A DNA stretch of 64,000 nucleotides from assembly GCA_964057225.1 (NCBI GenBank), contig OZ059900.1:18600001-18664000 (forward strand), written 5' to 3'. Position 1 is the first letter of the stretch, and the number at the start of each line of letters is the position of its first letter. The position numbers and the translations under genes were made by a program. Below, piece by piece: positions 1-12,200 of this stretch. Source of the stretch: Auanema rhodensis. Taxonomy: Eukaryota > Animalia > Nematoda. Under the pieces are notes generated by a model. That model did not search any database, was not told the origin of the DNA, and saw nothing but the letters and a program-made list of their open reading frames with translations.

Positions 1-342
1 AGGTTTTGACTTACGATTTCATGTGTTCAAACTCATGCAATGTCAATGAAACCTAGCTCAAAATTGTTCGTACAACGTCTAGTTCCACTTTCACGACAAA
101 AAAACAGGGATTAGAAAATTAAGGAAATTAGCATATTCTGAGGGCACGCCCCTTATGGCTAATATTGATTAAATCGATTTTTGTTCATATGAGTCGTCAA
201 ATGCAACGAATTTCAGCGTGTTACATACTAAAATAAAGCATTTTACATGCTGAACACTAGAAGAATACAAAAACACAGTATTTCCCATGAGAAATATTTT
301 ATTATGCTGGAAAACCAGTTTTTGGAAATTTCGCTGTAAACA

Positions 343-684
343 AGGTTTTGACTTACGATTTCATGTGTTCAAACTCATGCAATGTCAATGAAACCTAGCT
401 CAAAATTGTTCGTACAACGTCTAGTTCCACTTTCACGACAAAAAAACAGGGGTTAGAAAATTAAGGAAATTAGCATATTCTGAGGGCACGCCCCTTATGG
501 CTAATATTGATTAAATCGATTTTTGTTCATATGAGTCGTCAAATGCAACGAATTTCAGCGTGTTACATACTAAAATGAAGCATTTTACATGCTGAACACT
601 AGAAGAATACAAAAACACAGTATTTCCCATGAGAAATATTTTATTATGCTGGAAAACCAGTTTTTGGAAATTTCGCTGTAAACA
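343..684 (+). repeat. Representative consensus-like monomer (M2)
   Basis: It matches the majority base at all positions except the common polymorphic site 263 (G here: agaagaatac; A in many other copies: agaaaaatac). Confidence 0.95.
554..596. other. Bulged inverted repeat present in each monomer (monomer positions 212-254)
   Basis: ttcagcgtg [ttacatac] taaaatg-aag-catttta catgctgaa. The inner 7-bp stem taaaatg/catttta is perfect with a 3-nt loop. The outer 9-bp stem ttcagcgtg/catgctgaa has one G:T pair. Confidence 0.75.
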
Positions 685-3600
685 AGGTTTTGACTTACGA
701 TTTCATGTGTTCAAACTCATGCAATGTCAATGAAACCTAGCTCAAAATTGTTCGTACAACGTCTAGTTCCACTTTCACGACAAAAAAACAGGGGTTAGAA
801 AATTAAGGAAATTAGCATATTCTGAGGGCACGCCCCTTATGGCTAATATTGATTAAATCGATTTTTGTTCATATGAGTCGTCAAATGCAACGAATTTCAG
901 CGTGTTACATACTAAAATGAAGCATTTTACATGCTGAACACTAGAAAAAAACAAAAACACAGTATTTCCCATGAGAAATATTTTATTATGCTGGAAAACC
1001 AGTTTTTGGAAATTTCGCTGTAAACAAGGTTTTGACTTACGATTTCATGTGTTCAAACTCATGCAATGTCAATGAAACCTAGCTCAAAATTGTTCGTACA
1101 ACGTCTAGTTCCACTTTCACGACAAAAAAACAGGGGTTAGAAAATTAAGGAAATTAGCATATTCTGAGGGCACGCCCCTTATGGCTAATATTGATTAAAT
1201 CGATTTTTGTTCATATGAGTCGTCAAATGCAACGAATTTCAGCGTGTTACATACTAAAATGAAGCATTTTACATGCTGAACACTAGAAGAATACAAAAAC
1301 ACAGTATTTCCCATGAGAAATATTTTATTATGCTGGAAAACCAGTTTTTGGAAATTTCGCTGTAAACAAGGTTTTGACTTACGATTTCATGTGTTCAAAC
1401 TCATGCAATGTCAATGAAACCTAGCTCAAAATTGTTCGTACAACGTCTAGTTCCACTTTCACGACAAAAAAACAGGGGTTAGAAAATTAAGGAAATTAGC
1501 ATATTCTGAGGGCACGCCCCTTATGGCTAATATTGATTAAATCGATTTTTGTTCATATGAGTCGTCAAATGCAACGAATTTCAGCGTGTTACATACTAAA
1601 ATGAAGCATTTTACATGCTGAACACTAGAAGAATACAAAAACACAGTATTTCCCATGAGAAATATTTTATTATGCTGGAAAACCAGTTTTTGGAAATTTC
1701 GCTGTAAACAAGGTTTTGACTTACGATTTCATGTGTTCAAACTCATGCAATGTCAATGAAACCTAGCTCAAAATTGTTCGTACAACGTCTAGTTCCACTT
1801 TCACGACAAAAAAACAGGGGTTAGAAAATTAAGGAAATTTGCATATTCTGAGGGCACGCCCCTTATGGCTAATATTGATTAAATCGATTTTTGTTCATAT
1901 GAGTCGTCAAATGCAACGAATTTCAGCGTGTTACATACTAAAATGAAGCATTTTACATGCTGAACACTAGATGAATACAAAAACACAGTATTTCCCATGA
2001 GAAATATTTTATTATGCTGGAAAACCAGTTTTTGGAAATTTCGCTGTAAACAAGGTTTTGACTTACGATTTCATGTGTTCAAACTCATGCAATGTCAATG
2101 AAACCTAGCTCAAAATTGTTCGTACAACGTCTAGTTCCACTTTCACGACAAAAAAACAGGGATTAGAAAATTAAGGAAATTAGCATATTCTGAGGGCACG
2201 CCCCTTATGGCTAATATTGATTAAATCGATTTTTGTTCATATGAGTCGTCAAATGCAACGAATTTCAGCGTGTTACATACTAAAATAAAGCATTTTACAT
2301 GCTGAACACTAGAAGAATACAAAAACACAGTATTTCCCATGAGAAATATTTTATTATGCTGGAAAACCAGTTTTTGGAAATTTCGCTGTAAACAAGGTTT
2401 TGACTTACGATTTCATGTGTTCAAACTCATGCAATGTCAATGAAACCTAGCTCAAAATTGTTCGTACAACGTCTAGTTCCACTTTCACGACAAAAAAACA
2501 GGGGTTAGAAAATTAAGGAAATTAGCATATTCTGAGGGCACGCCCCTTATGGCTAATATTGATTAAATCGATTTTTGTTCATATGAGTCGTCAAATGCAA
2601 CGAATTTCAGCGTGTTACATACTAAAATGAAGCATTTTACATGCTGAACACTAGAAGAATACAAAAACACAGTATTTCCCATGAGAAATATTTTATTATG
2701 CTGGAAAACCAGTTTTTGGAAATTTCGCTGTAAACAAGGTTTTGACTTACGATTTCATGTGTTCAAACTCATGCAATGTCAATGAAACCTAGCTCAAAAT
2801 TGTTCGTACAACGTCTAGTTCCACTTTCACGACAAAAAAACAGGGGTTAGAAAATTAAGGAAATTAGCATATTCTGAGGGCACGCCCCTTATGGCTAATA
2901 TTGATTAAATCGATTTTTGTTCATATGAGTCGTCAAATGCAACGAATTTCAGCGTGTTACATACTAAAATGAAGCATTTTACATGCTGAACACTAGAAAA
3001 AAACAAAAACACAGTATTTCCCATGAGAAATATTTTATTATGCTGGAAAACCAGTTTTTGGAAATTTCGCTGTAAACAAGGTTTTGACTTACGATTTCAT
3101 GTGTTCAAACTCATGCAATGTCAATGAAACCTAGCTCAAAATTGTTCGTACAACGTCTAGTTCCACTTTCACGACAAAAAAACAGGGGTTAGAAAATTAA
3201 GGAAATTAGCATATTCTGAGGGCACGCCCCTTATGGCTAATATTGATTAAATCGATTTTTGTTCATATGAGTCGTCAAATGCAACGAATTTCAGCGTGTT
3301 ACATACTAAAATGAAGCATTTTACATGCTGAACACTAGAAAAATACAAAAACACAGTATTTCCCATGAGAAATATTTTATTATGCTGGAAAACCAGTTTT
3401 TGGAAATTTCGCTGTAAACAAGGTTTTGACTTACGATTTCATGTGTTCAAACTCATGCAATGTCAATGAAACCTAGCTCAAAATTGTTCGTACAACGTCT
3501 AGTTCCACTTTCACGACAAAAAAACAGGGGTTAGAAAATTAAGGAAATTAGCATATTCTGAGGGCACGCCCCTTATGGCTAATATTGATTAAATCGATTT

Positions 3601-6600
3601 TTGTTCATATGAGTCGTCAAATGCAACGAATTTCAGCGTGTTACATACTAAAATGAAGCATTTTACATGCTGAACACTAGAAAAATACAAAAACACAGTA
3701 TTTCCCATGAGAAATATTTTATTATGCTGGAAAACCAGTTTTTGGAAGTTTCGCTGTAAACAAGGTTTTGACTTACGATTTCATGTGTTCAAACTCATGC
3801 AATGTCAATGAAACCTAGCTCAAACTTGTTCGTACAACGTCTAGTTCCACTTTCACGACAAAAAAACAGGGGTTAGAAAATTAAGGAAATTAGCATATTC
3901 TGAGGGCACGCCCCTTATGGCTAATATTGATTAAATCGATTTTTGTTCATATGAGTCGTCAAATGCAACGAATTTCAGCGTGTTACATACTAAAATGAAG
4001 CATTTTACATGCTGAACACTAGAAAAATACAAAAACACAGTATTTCCCATGAGAAATATTTTATTATGCTGGAAAACCAGTTTTTGGAAATTTCGCTGTA
4101 AACAAGGTTTTGACTTACGATTTCATGTGTTCAAACTCATGCAATGTCAATGAAACCTAGCTCAAAATTGTTCGTACAACGTCTAGTTCCACTTTCACGA
4201 TAAAAAAACAGGGGTTAGAAAATTAAGGAAATTAGCATATTCTGAGGGCACGCCCCTTATGGCTAATATTGATTAAATCGATTTTTGTTCATATGAGTCG
4301 TCAAATGCAACGAATTTCAGCGTGTTACATACTAAAATGAAGCATTTTACATGCTGAACACTAGAAAAATACAAAAACACAGTATTTCCCATGAGAAATA
4401 TTTTATTATGCTGGAAAACCAGTTTTTGGAAATTTCGCTGTAAACAAGGTTTTGACTTACGATTTCATGTGTTCAAACTCATGCAATGTCAATGAAACCT
4501 AGCTCAAAATTGTTCGTACAACGTCTAGTTCCACTTTCACGACAAAAAAACAGGGGTTAGAAAATTAAGGAAATTAGCATATTCTGAGGGCACGCCCCTT
4601 ATGGCTAATATTGATTAAATCGATTTTTGTTCATATGAGTCGTCAAATGCAACGAATTTCAGCGTGTTACATACTAAAATGAAGCATTTTACATGCTGAA
4701 CACTAGAAAAATACAAAAACACAGTATTTCCCATGAGAAATATTTTATTATGCTGGAAAACCAGTTTTTGGAAATTTCGCTGTACACAAGGTTTTGACTT
4801 ACGATTTCATGTGTTCAAACTCATGCAATGTCAATGAAACCTAGCTCAAAATTGTTCGTACAACGTCTAGTTCCACTTTCACGACAAAAAAACAGGGGTT
4901 AGAAAATTAAGGAAATTAGCATATTCTGAGGGCACGCCCCTTATGGCTAATATTGATTAAATCGATTTTTGTTCATATGAGTCGTCAAATGCAACGAATT
5001 TCAGCGTGTTACATACTAAAATGAAGCATTTTACATGCTGAACACTAGAAGAATACAAAAACACAGTATTTCCCATGAGAAATATTTTATTATGCTGGAA
5101 AACCAGTTTTTGGAAATTTCGCTGTAAACAAGGTTTTGACTTACGATTTCATGTGTTCAAACTCATGCAATGTCAATGAAACCTAGCTCAAAATTGTTCG
5201 TACAACGTCTAGTTCCACTTTCACGACAAAAAAACAGGGGTTAGAAAATTAAGGAAATTAGCATATTCTGAGGGCACGCCCCTTATGGCTAATATTGATT
5301 AAATCGATTTTTGTTCATATGAGTCGTCAAATGCAACGAATTTCAGCGTGTTACATACTAAAATGAAGCATTTTACATGCTGAACACTAGAAGAATACAA
5401 AAACACAGTATTTCCCATGAGAAATATTTTATTATGCTGGAAAACCAGTTTTTGGAAATTTCGCTGTAAACAAGGTTTTGACTTACGATTTCATGTGTTC
5501 AAACTCATGCAATGTCAATGAAACCTAGCTCAAAATTGTTCGTACAACGTCTAGTTCCACTTTCACGACAAAAAAACAGGGGTTAGAAAATTAAGGAAAT
5601 TAGCATATTCTGAGGGCACGCCCCTTATGGCTAATATTGATTAAATCGATTTTTGTTCATATGAGTCGTCAAATGCAACGAATTTCAGCGTGTTACATAC
5701 TAAAATGAAGCATTTTACATGCTGAACACTAGAAGAATACAAAAACACAGTATTTCCCATGAGAAATATTTTATTATGCTGGAAAACCAGTTTTTGGAAA
5801 TTTCGCTGTAAACAAGGTTTTGACTTACGATTTCATGTGTTCAAACTCATGCAATGTCAATGAAACCTAGCTCAAAATTGTTCGTACAACGTCTAGTTCC
5901 ACTTTCACGACAAAAAAACAGGGGTTAGAAAATTAAGGAAATTTGCATATTCTGAGGGCACGCCCCTTATGGCTAATATTGATTAAATCGATTTTTGTTC
6001 ATATGAGTCGTCAAATGCAACGAATTTCAGCGTGTTACATACTAAAATGAAGCATTTTACATGCTGAACACTAGAAGAATACAAAAACACAGTATTTCCC
6101 ATGAGAAATATTTTATTATGCTGGAAAACCAGTTTTTGGAAATTTCGCTGTAAACAAGGTTTTGACTTACGATTTCATGTGTTCAAACTCATGCAATGTC
6201 AATGAAACCTAGCTCAAAATTGTTCGTACAACGTCTAGTTCCACTTTCACGACAAAAAAACAGGGATTAGAAAATTAAGGAAATTAGCATATTCTGAGGG
6301 CACGCCCCTTATGGCTAATATTGATTAAATCGATTTTTGTTCATATGAGTCGTCAAATGCAACGAATTTCAGCGTGTTACATACTAAAATAAAGCATTTT
6401 ACATGCTGAACACTAGAAGAATACAAAAACACAGTATTTCCCATGAGAAATATTTTATTATGCTGGAAAACCAGTTTTTGGAAATTTCGCTGTAAACAAG
6501 GTTTTGACTTACGATTTCATGTGTTCAAACTCATGCAATGTCAATGAAACCTAGCTCAAAATTGTTCGTACAACGTCTAGTTCCACTTTCACGACAAAAA

Positions 6601-9234
6601 AACAGGGGTTAGAAAATTAAGGAAATTAGCATATTCTGAGGGCACGCCCCTTATGGCTAATATTGATTAAATCGATTTTTGTTCATATGAGTCGTCAAAT
6701 GCAACGAATTTCAGCGTGTTACATACTAAAATGAAGCATTTTACATGCTGAACACTAAAAGAATACAAAAACACAGTATTTCCCATGAGAAATATTTTAT
6801 TATGCTGGAAAACCAGTTTTTGGAAATTTCGCTGTAAACAAGGTTTTGACTTACGATTTCATGTGTTCAAACTCATGCAATGTCAATGAAACCTAGCTCA
6901 AAATTGTTCGTACAACGTCTAGTTCCACTTTCACGACAAAAAAACAGGGGTTAGAAAATTAAGGAAATTAGCATATTCTGAGGGCACGCCCCTTATGGCT
7001 AATATTGATTAAATCGATTTTTGTTCATATGAGTCGTCAAATGCAACGAATTTCAGCGTGTTACATACTAAAATGAAGCATTTTACATGCTGAACACTAG
7101 AAGAATACAAAAACACAGTATTTCCCATGAGAAATATTTTATTATGCTGGAAAACCAGTTTTTGGAAATTTCGCTGTAAACAAGGTTTTGACTTACGATT
7201 TCATGTGTTCAAACTCATGCAATGTCAATGAAACCTAGCTCAAAATTGTTCGTACAACGTCTAGTTCCACTTTCACGACAAAAAAACAGGGGTTAGAAAA
7301 TTAAGGAAATTAGCATATTCTGAGGGCACGCCCCTTATGGCTAATATTGATTAAATCGATTTTTGTTCATATGAGTCGTCAAATGCAACGAATTTCAGCG
7401 TGTTACATACTAAAATGAAGCATTTTACATGCTGAACACTAGAAGAATACAAAAACACAGTATTTCCCATGAGAAATATTTTATTATGCTGGAAAACCAG
7501 TTTTTGGAAATTTCGCTGTAAACAAGGTTTTGACTTACGATTTCATGTGTTCAAACTCATGCAATGTCAATGAAACCTAGCTCAAAATTGTTCGTACAAC
7601 GTCTAGTTCCACTTTCACGACAAAAAAACAGGGGTTAGAAAATTAAGGAAATTAGCATATTCTGAGGGCACGCCCCTTATGGCTAATATTGATTAAATCG
7701 ATTTTTGTTCATATGAGTCGTCAAATGCAACGAATTTCAGCGTGTTACATACTAAAATGAAGCATTTTACATGCTGAACACTAGAAGAATACAAAAACAC
7801 AGTATTTCCCATGAGAAATATTTTATTATGCTGGAAAACCAGTTTTTGGAAATTTCGCTGTAAACAAGGTTTTGACTTACGATTTCATGTGTTCAAACTC
7901 ATGCAATGTCAATGAAACCTAGCTCAAAATTGTTCGTACAACGTCTAGTTCCACTTTCACGACAAAAAAACAGGGGTTAGAAAATTAAGGAAATTAGCAT
8001 ATTCTGAGGGCACGCCCCTTATGGCTAATATTGATTAAATCGATTTTTGTTCATATGAGTCGTCAAATGCAACGAATTTCAGCGTGTTACATACTAAAAT
8101 GAAGCATTTTACATGCTGAACACTAGAAGAATACAAAAACACAGTATTTCCCATGAGAAATATTTTATTATGCTGGAAAACCAGTTTTTGGAAATTTCGC
8201 TGTAAACAAGGTTTTGACTTACGATTTCATGTGTTCAAACTCATGCAATGTCAATGAAACCTAGCTCAAAATTGTTCGTACAACGTCTAGTTCCACTTTC
8301 ACGACAAAAAAACAGGGGTTAGAAAATTAAGGAAATTTGCATATTCTGAGGGCACGCCCCTTATGGCTAATATTGATTAAATCGATTTTTGTTCATATGA
8401 GTCGTCAAATGCAACGAATTTCAGCGTGTTACATACTAAAATGAAGCATTTTACATGCTGAACACTAGAAGAATACAAAAACACAGTATTTCCCATGAGA
8501 AATATTTTATTATGCTGGAAAACCAGTTTTTGGAAATTTCGCTGTAAACAAGGTTTTGACTTACGATTTCATGTGTTCAAACTCATGCAATGTCAATGAA
8601 ACCTAGCTCAAAATTGTTCGTACAACGTCTAGTTCCACTTTCACGACAAAAAAACAGGGATTAGAAAATTAAGGAAATTAGCATATTCTGAGGGCACGCC
8701 CCTTATGGCTAATATTGATTAAATCGATTTTTGTTCATATGAGTCGTCAAATGCAACGAATTTCAGCGTGTTACATACTAAAATAAAGCATTTTACATGC
8801 TGAACACTAGAAGAATACAAAAACACAGTATTTCCCATGAGAAATATTTTATTATGCTGGAAAACCAGTTTTTGGAAATTTCGCTGTAAACAAGGTTTTG
8901 ACTTACGATTTCATGTGTTCAAACTCATGCAATGTCAATGAAACCTAGCTCAAAATTGTTCGTACAACGTCTAGTTCCACTTTCACGACAAAAAAACAGG
9001 GGTTAGAAAATTAAGGAAATTAGCATATTCTGAGGGCACGCCCCTTATGGCTAATATTGATTAAATCGATTTTTGTTCATATGAGTCGTCAAATGCAACG
9101 AATTTCAGCGTGTTACATACTAAAATGAAGCATTTTACATGCTGAACACTAAAAGAATACAAAAACACAGTATTTCCCATGAGAAATATTTTATTATGCT
9201 GGAAAACCAGTTTTTGGAAATTTCGCTGTAAACA

Positions 9235-12200
9235 AGGTTTTGACTTACGATTTCATGTGTTCAAACTCATGCAATGTCAATGAAACCTAGCTCAAAATTG
9301 TTCGTACAACGTCTAGTTCCACTTTCACGACAAAAAAACAGGGGTTAGAAAATTAAGGAAATTAGCATATTCTGAGGGCACGCCCCTTATGGCTAATATT
9401 GATTAAATCGATTTTTGTTCATATGAGTCGTCAAATGCAACGAATTTCAGCGTGTTACATACTAAAATGAAGCATTTTACATGCTGAACACTAGAAGAAT
9501 ACAAAAACACAGTATTTCCCATGAGAAATATTTTATTATGCTGGAAAACCAGTTTTTGGAAATTTCGCTGTAAACAAGGTTTTGACTTACGATTTCATGT
9601 GTTCAAACTCATGCAATGTCAATGAAACCTAGCTCAAAATTGTTCGTACAACGTCTAGTTCCACTTTCACGACAAAAAAACAGGGGTTAGAAAATTAAGG
9701 AAATTTGCATATTCTGAGGGCACGCCCCTTATGGCTAATATTGATTAAATCGATTTTTGTTCATATGAGTCGTCAAATGCAACGAATTTCAGCGTGTTAC
9801 ATACTAAAATGAAGCATTTTACATGCTGAACACTAGAAGAATACAAAAACACAGTATTTCCCATGAGAAATATTTTATTATGCTGGAAAACCAGTTTTTG
9901 GAAATTTCGCTGTAAACAAGGTTTTGACTTACGATTTCATGTGTTCAAACTCATGCAATGTCAATGAAACCTAGCTCAAAATTGTTCGTACAACGTCTAG
10001 TTCCACTTTCACGACAAAAAAACAGGGATTAGAAAATTAAGGAAATTAGCATATTCTGAGGGTACGCCCCTTATGGCTAATATTGATTAAATCGATTTTT
10101 GTTCATATGAGTCGTCAAATGCAACGAATTTCAGCGTGTTACATACTAAAATAAAGCATTTTACATGCTGAACACTAGAAGAATACAAAAACACAGTATT
10201 TCCCATGAGAAATATTTTATTATGCTGGAAAACCAGTTTTTGGAAATTTCGCTGTAAACAAGGTTTTGACTTACGATTTCATGTGTTCAAACTCATGCAA
10301 TGTCAATGAAACCTAGCTCAAAATTGTTCGTACAACGTCTAGTTCCACTTTCACGACAAAAAAACAGGGGTTAGAAAATTAAGGAAATTAGCATATTCTG
10401 AGGGCACGCCCCTTATGGCTAATATTGATTAAATCGATTTTTGTTCATATGAGTCGTCAAATGCAACGAATTTCAGCGTGTTACATACTAAAATGAAGCA
10501 TTTTACATGCTGAACACTAAAAGAATACAAAAACACAGTATTTCCCATGAGAAATATTTTATTATGCTGGAAAACCAGTTTTTGGAAATTTCGCTGTAAA
10601 CAAGGTTTTGACTTACGATTTCATGTGTTCAAACTCATGCAATGTCAATGAAACCTAGCTCAAAATTGTTCGTACAACGTCTAGTTCCACTTTCACGACA
10701 AAAACACAGGGGTTAGAAAATTAAGGAAATTAGCATATTCTGAGGGCACGCCCCTTATGGCTAATATTGATTAAATCGGTTTTTGTTCATATGAGTCGTC
10801 AAATGCAACGAATTTCAGCGTGTTACATACTAAAATGAAGCATTTTACATGCTGAACACTAGAAAAAAACAAAAACACAGTATTTCCCATGAGAAATATT
10901 TTATTATGCTGGAAAACCAGTTTTTGGAAATTTCGCTGTAAACAAGGTTTTGACTTACGATTTCATGTGTTCAAACTCATGCAATGTCAATGAAACCTAG
11001 CTCAAAATTGTTCGTACAACGTCTAGTTCCACTTTCACGACAAAAAAACAGGGGTTAGAAAATTAAGGAAATTAGCATATTCTGAGGGCACGCCCCTTAT
11101 GGCTAATATTGATTAAATCGATTTTTGTTCATATGAGTCGTCAAATGCAACGAATTTCAGCGTGTTACATACTAAAATGAAGCATTTTACATGCTGAACA
11201 CTAGAAAAATACAAAAACACAGTATTTCCCATGAGAAATATTTTATTATGCTGGAAAACCAGTTTTTGGAAATTTCGCTGTAAACAAGGTTTTGACTTAC
11301 GATTTCATGTGTTCAAACTCATGCAATGTCAATGAAACCTAGCTCAAAATTGTTCGTACAACGTCTAGTTCCACTTTCACGACAAAAAAACAGGGGTTAG
11401 AAAATTAAGGAAATTAGCATATTCTGAGGGCACGCCCCTTATGGCTAATATTGATTAAATCGATTTTTGTTCATATGAGTCGTCAAATGCAACGAATTTC
11501 AGCGTGTTACATACTAAAATGAAGCATTTTACATGCTGAACACTAGAAAAATACAAAAACACAGTATTTCCCATGAGAAATATTTTATTATGCTGGAAAA
11601 CCAGTTTTTGGAAGTTTCGCTGTAAACAAGGTTTTGACTTACGATTTCATGTGTTCAAACTCATGCAATGTCAATGAAACCTAGCTCAAACTTGTTCGTA
11701 CAACGTCTAGTTCCACTTTCACGACAAAAAAACAGGGGTTAGAAAATTAAGGAAATTAGCATATTCTGAGGGCACGCCCCTTATGGCTAATATTGATTAA
11801 ATCGATTTTTGTTCATATGAGTCGTCAAATGCAACGAATTTCAGCGTGTTACATACTAAAATGAAGCATTTTACATGCTGAACACTAGAAAAATACAAAA
11901 ACACAGTATTTCCCATGAGAAATATTTTATTATGCTGGAAAACCAGTTTTTGGAAATTTCGCTGTAAACAAGGTTTTGACTTACGATTTCATGTGTTCAA
12001 ACTCATGCAATGTCAATGAAACCTAGCTCAAAATTGTTCGTACAACGTCTAGTTCCACTTTCACGACAAAAAAACAGGGGTTAGAAAATTAAGGAAATTA
12101 GCATATTCTGAGGGCACGCCCCTTATGGCTAATATTGATTAAATCGATTTTTGTTCATATGAGTCGTCAAATGCAACGAATTTCAGCGTGTTACATACTA

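Noticed and set aside
1-342. 342 is divisible by 3, so the array could encode a giant repetitive protein
   Set aside because: All six frames are closed within the first 60 bp of each monomer (plus strand: TGA 7-9, TGA 47-49, TAG 54-56; minus-strand stops from TTA 11-13, TCA 19-21, TCA 27-29). Only short chance ORFs exist.
1-342. Primate alpha-satellite dimer (2x171 bp)
   Set aside because: The length coincides, but I see no alpha-satellite sequence similarity and the two 171-bp halves do not align in register.
449-456. ggggttag resembles the telomeric repeat TTAGGG or a G-quadruplex seed
   Set aside because: There is a single unit per monomer, no tandem telomeric repeats and too few clustered G-runs.
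536-552. Minus-strand ttcgttgcatttgac resembling the 5' half of a CENP-B box
   Set aside because: The CGGG core is absent (TGAC), giving only 6/9 core positions.
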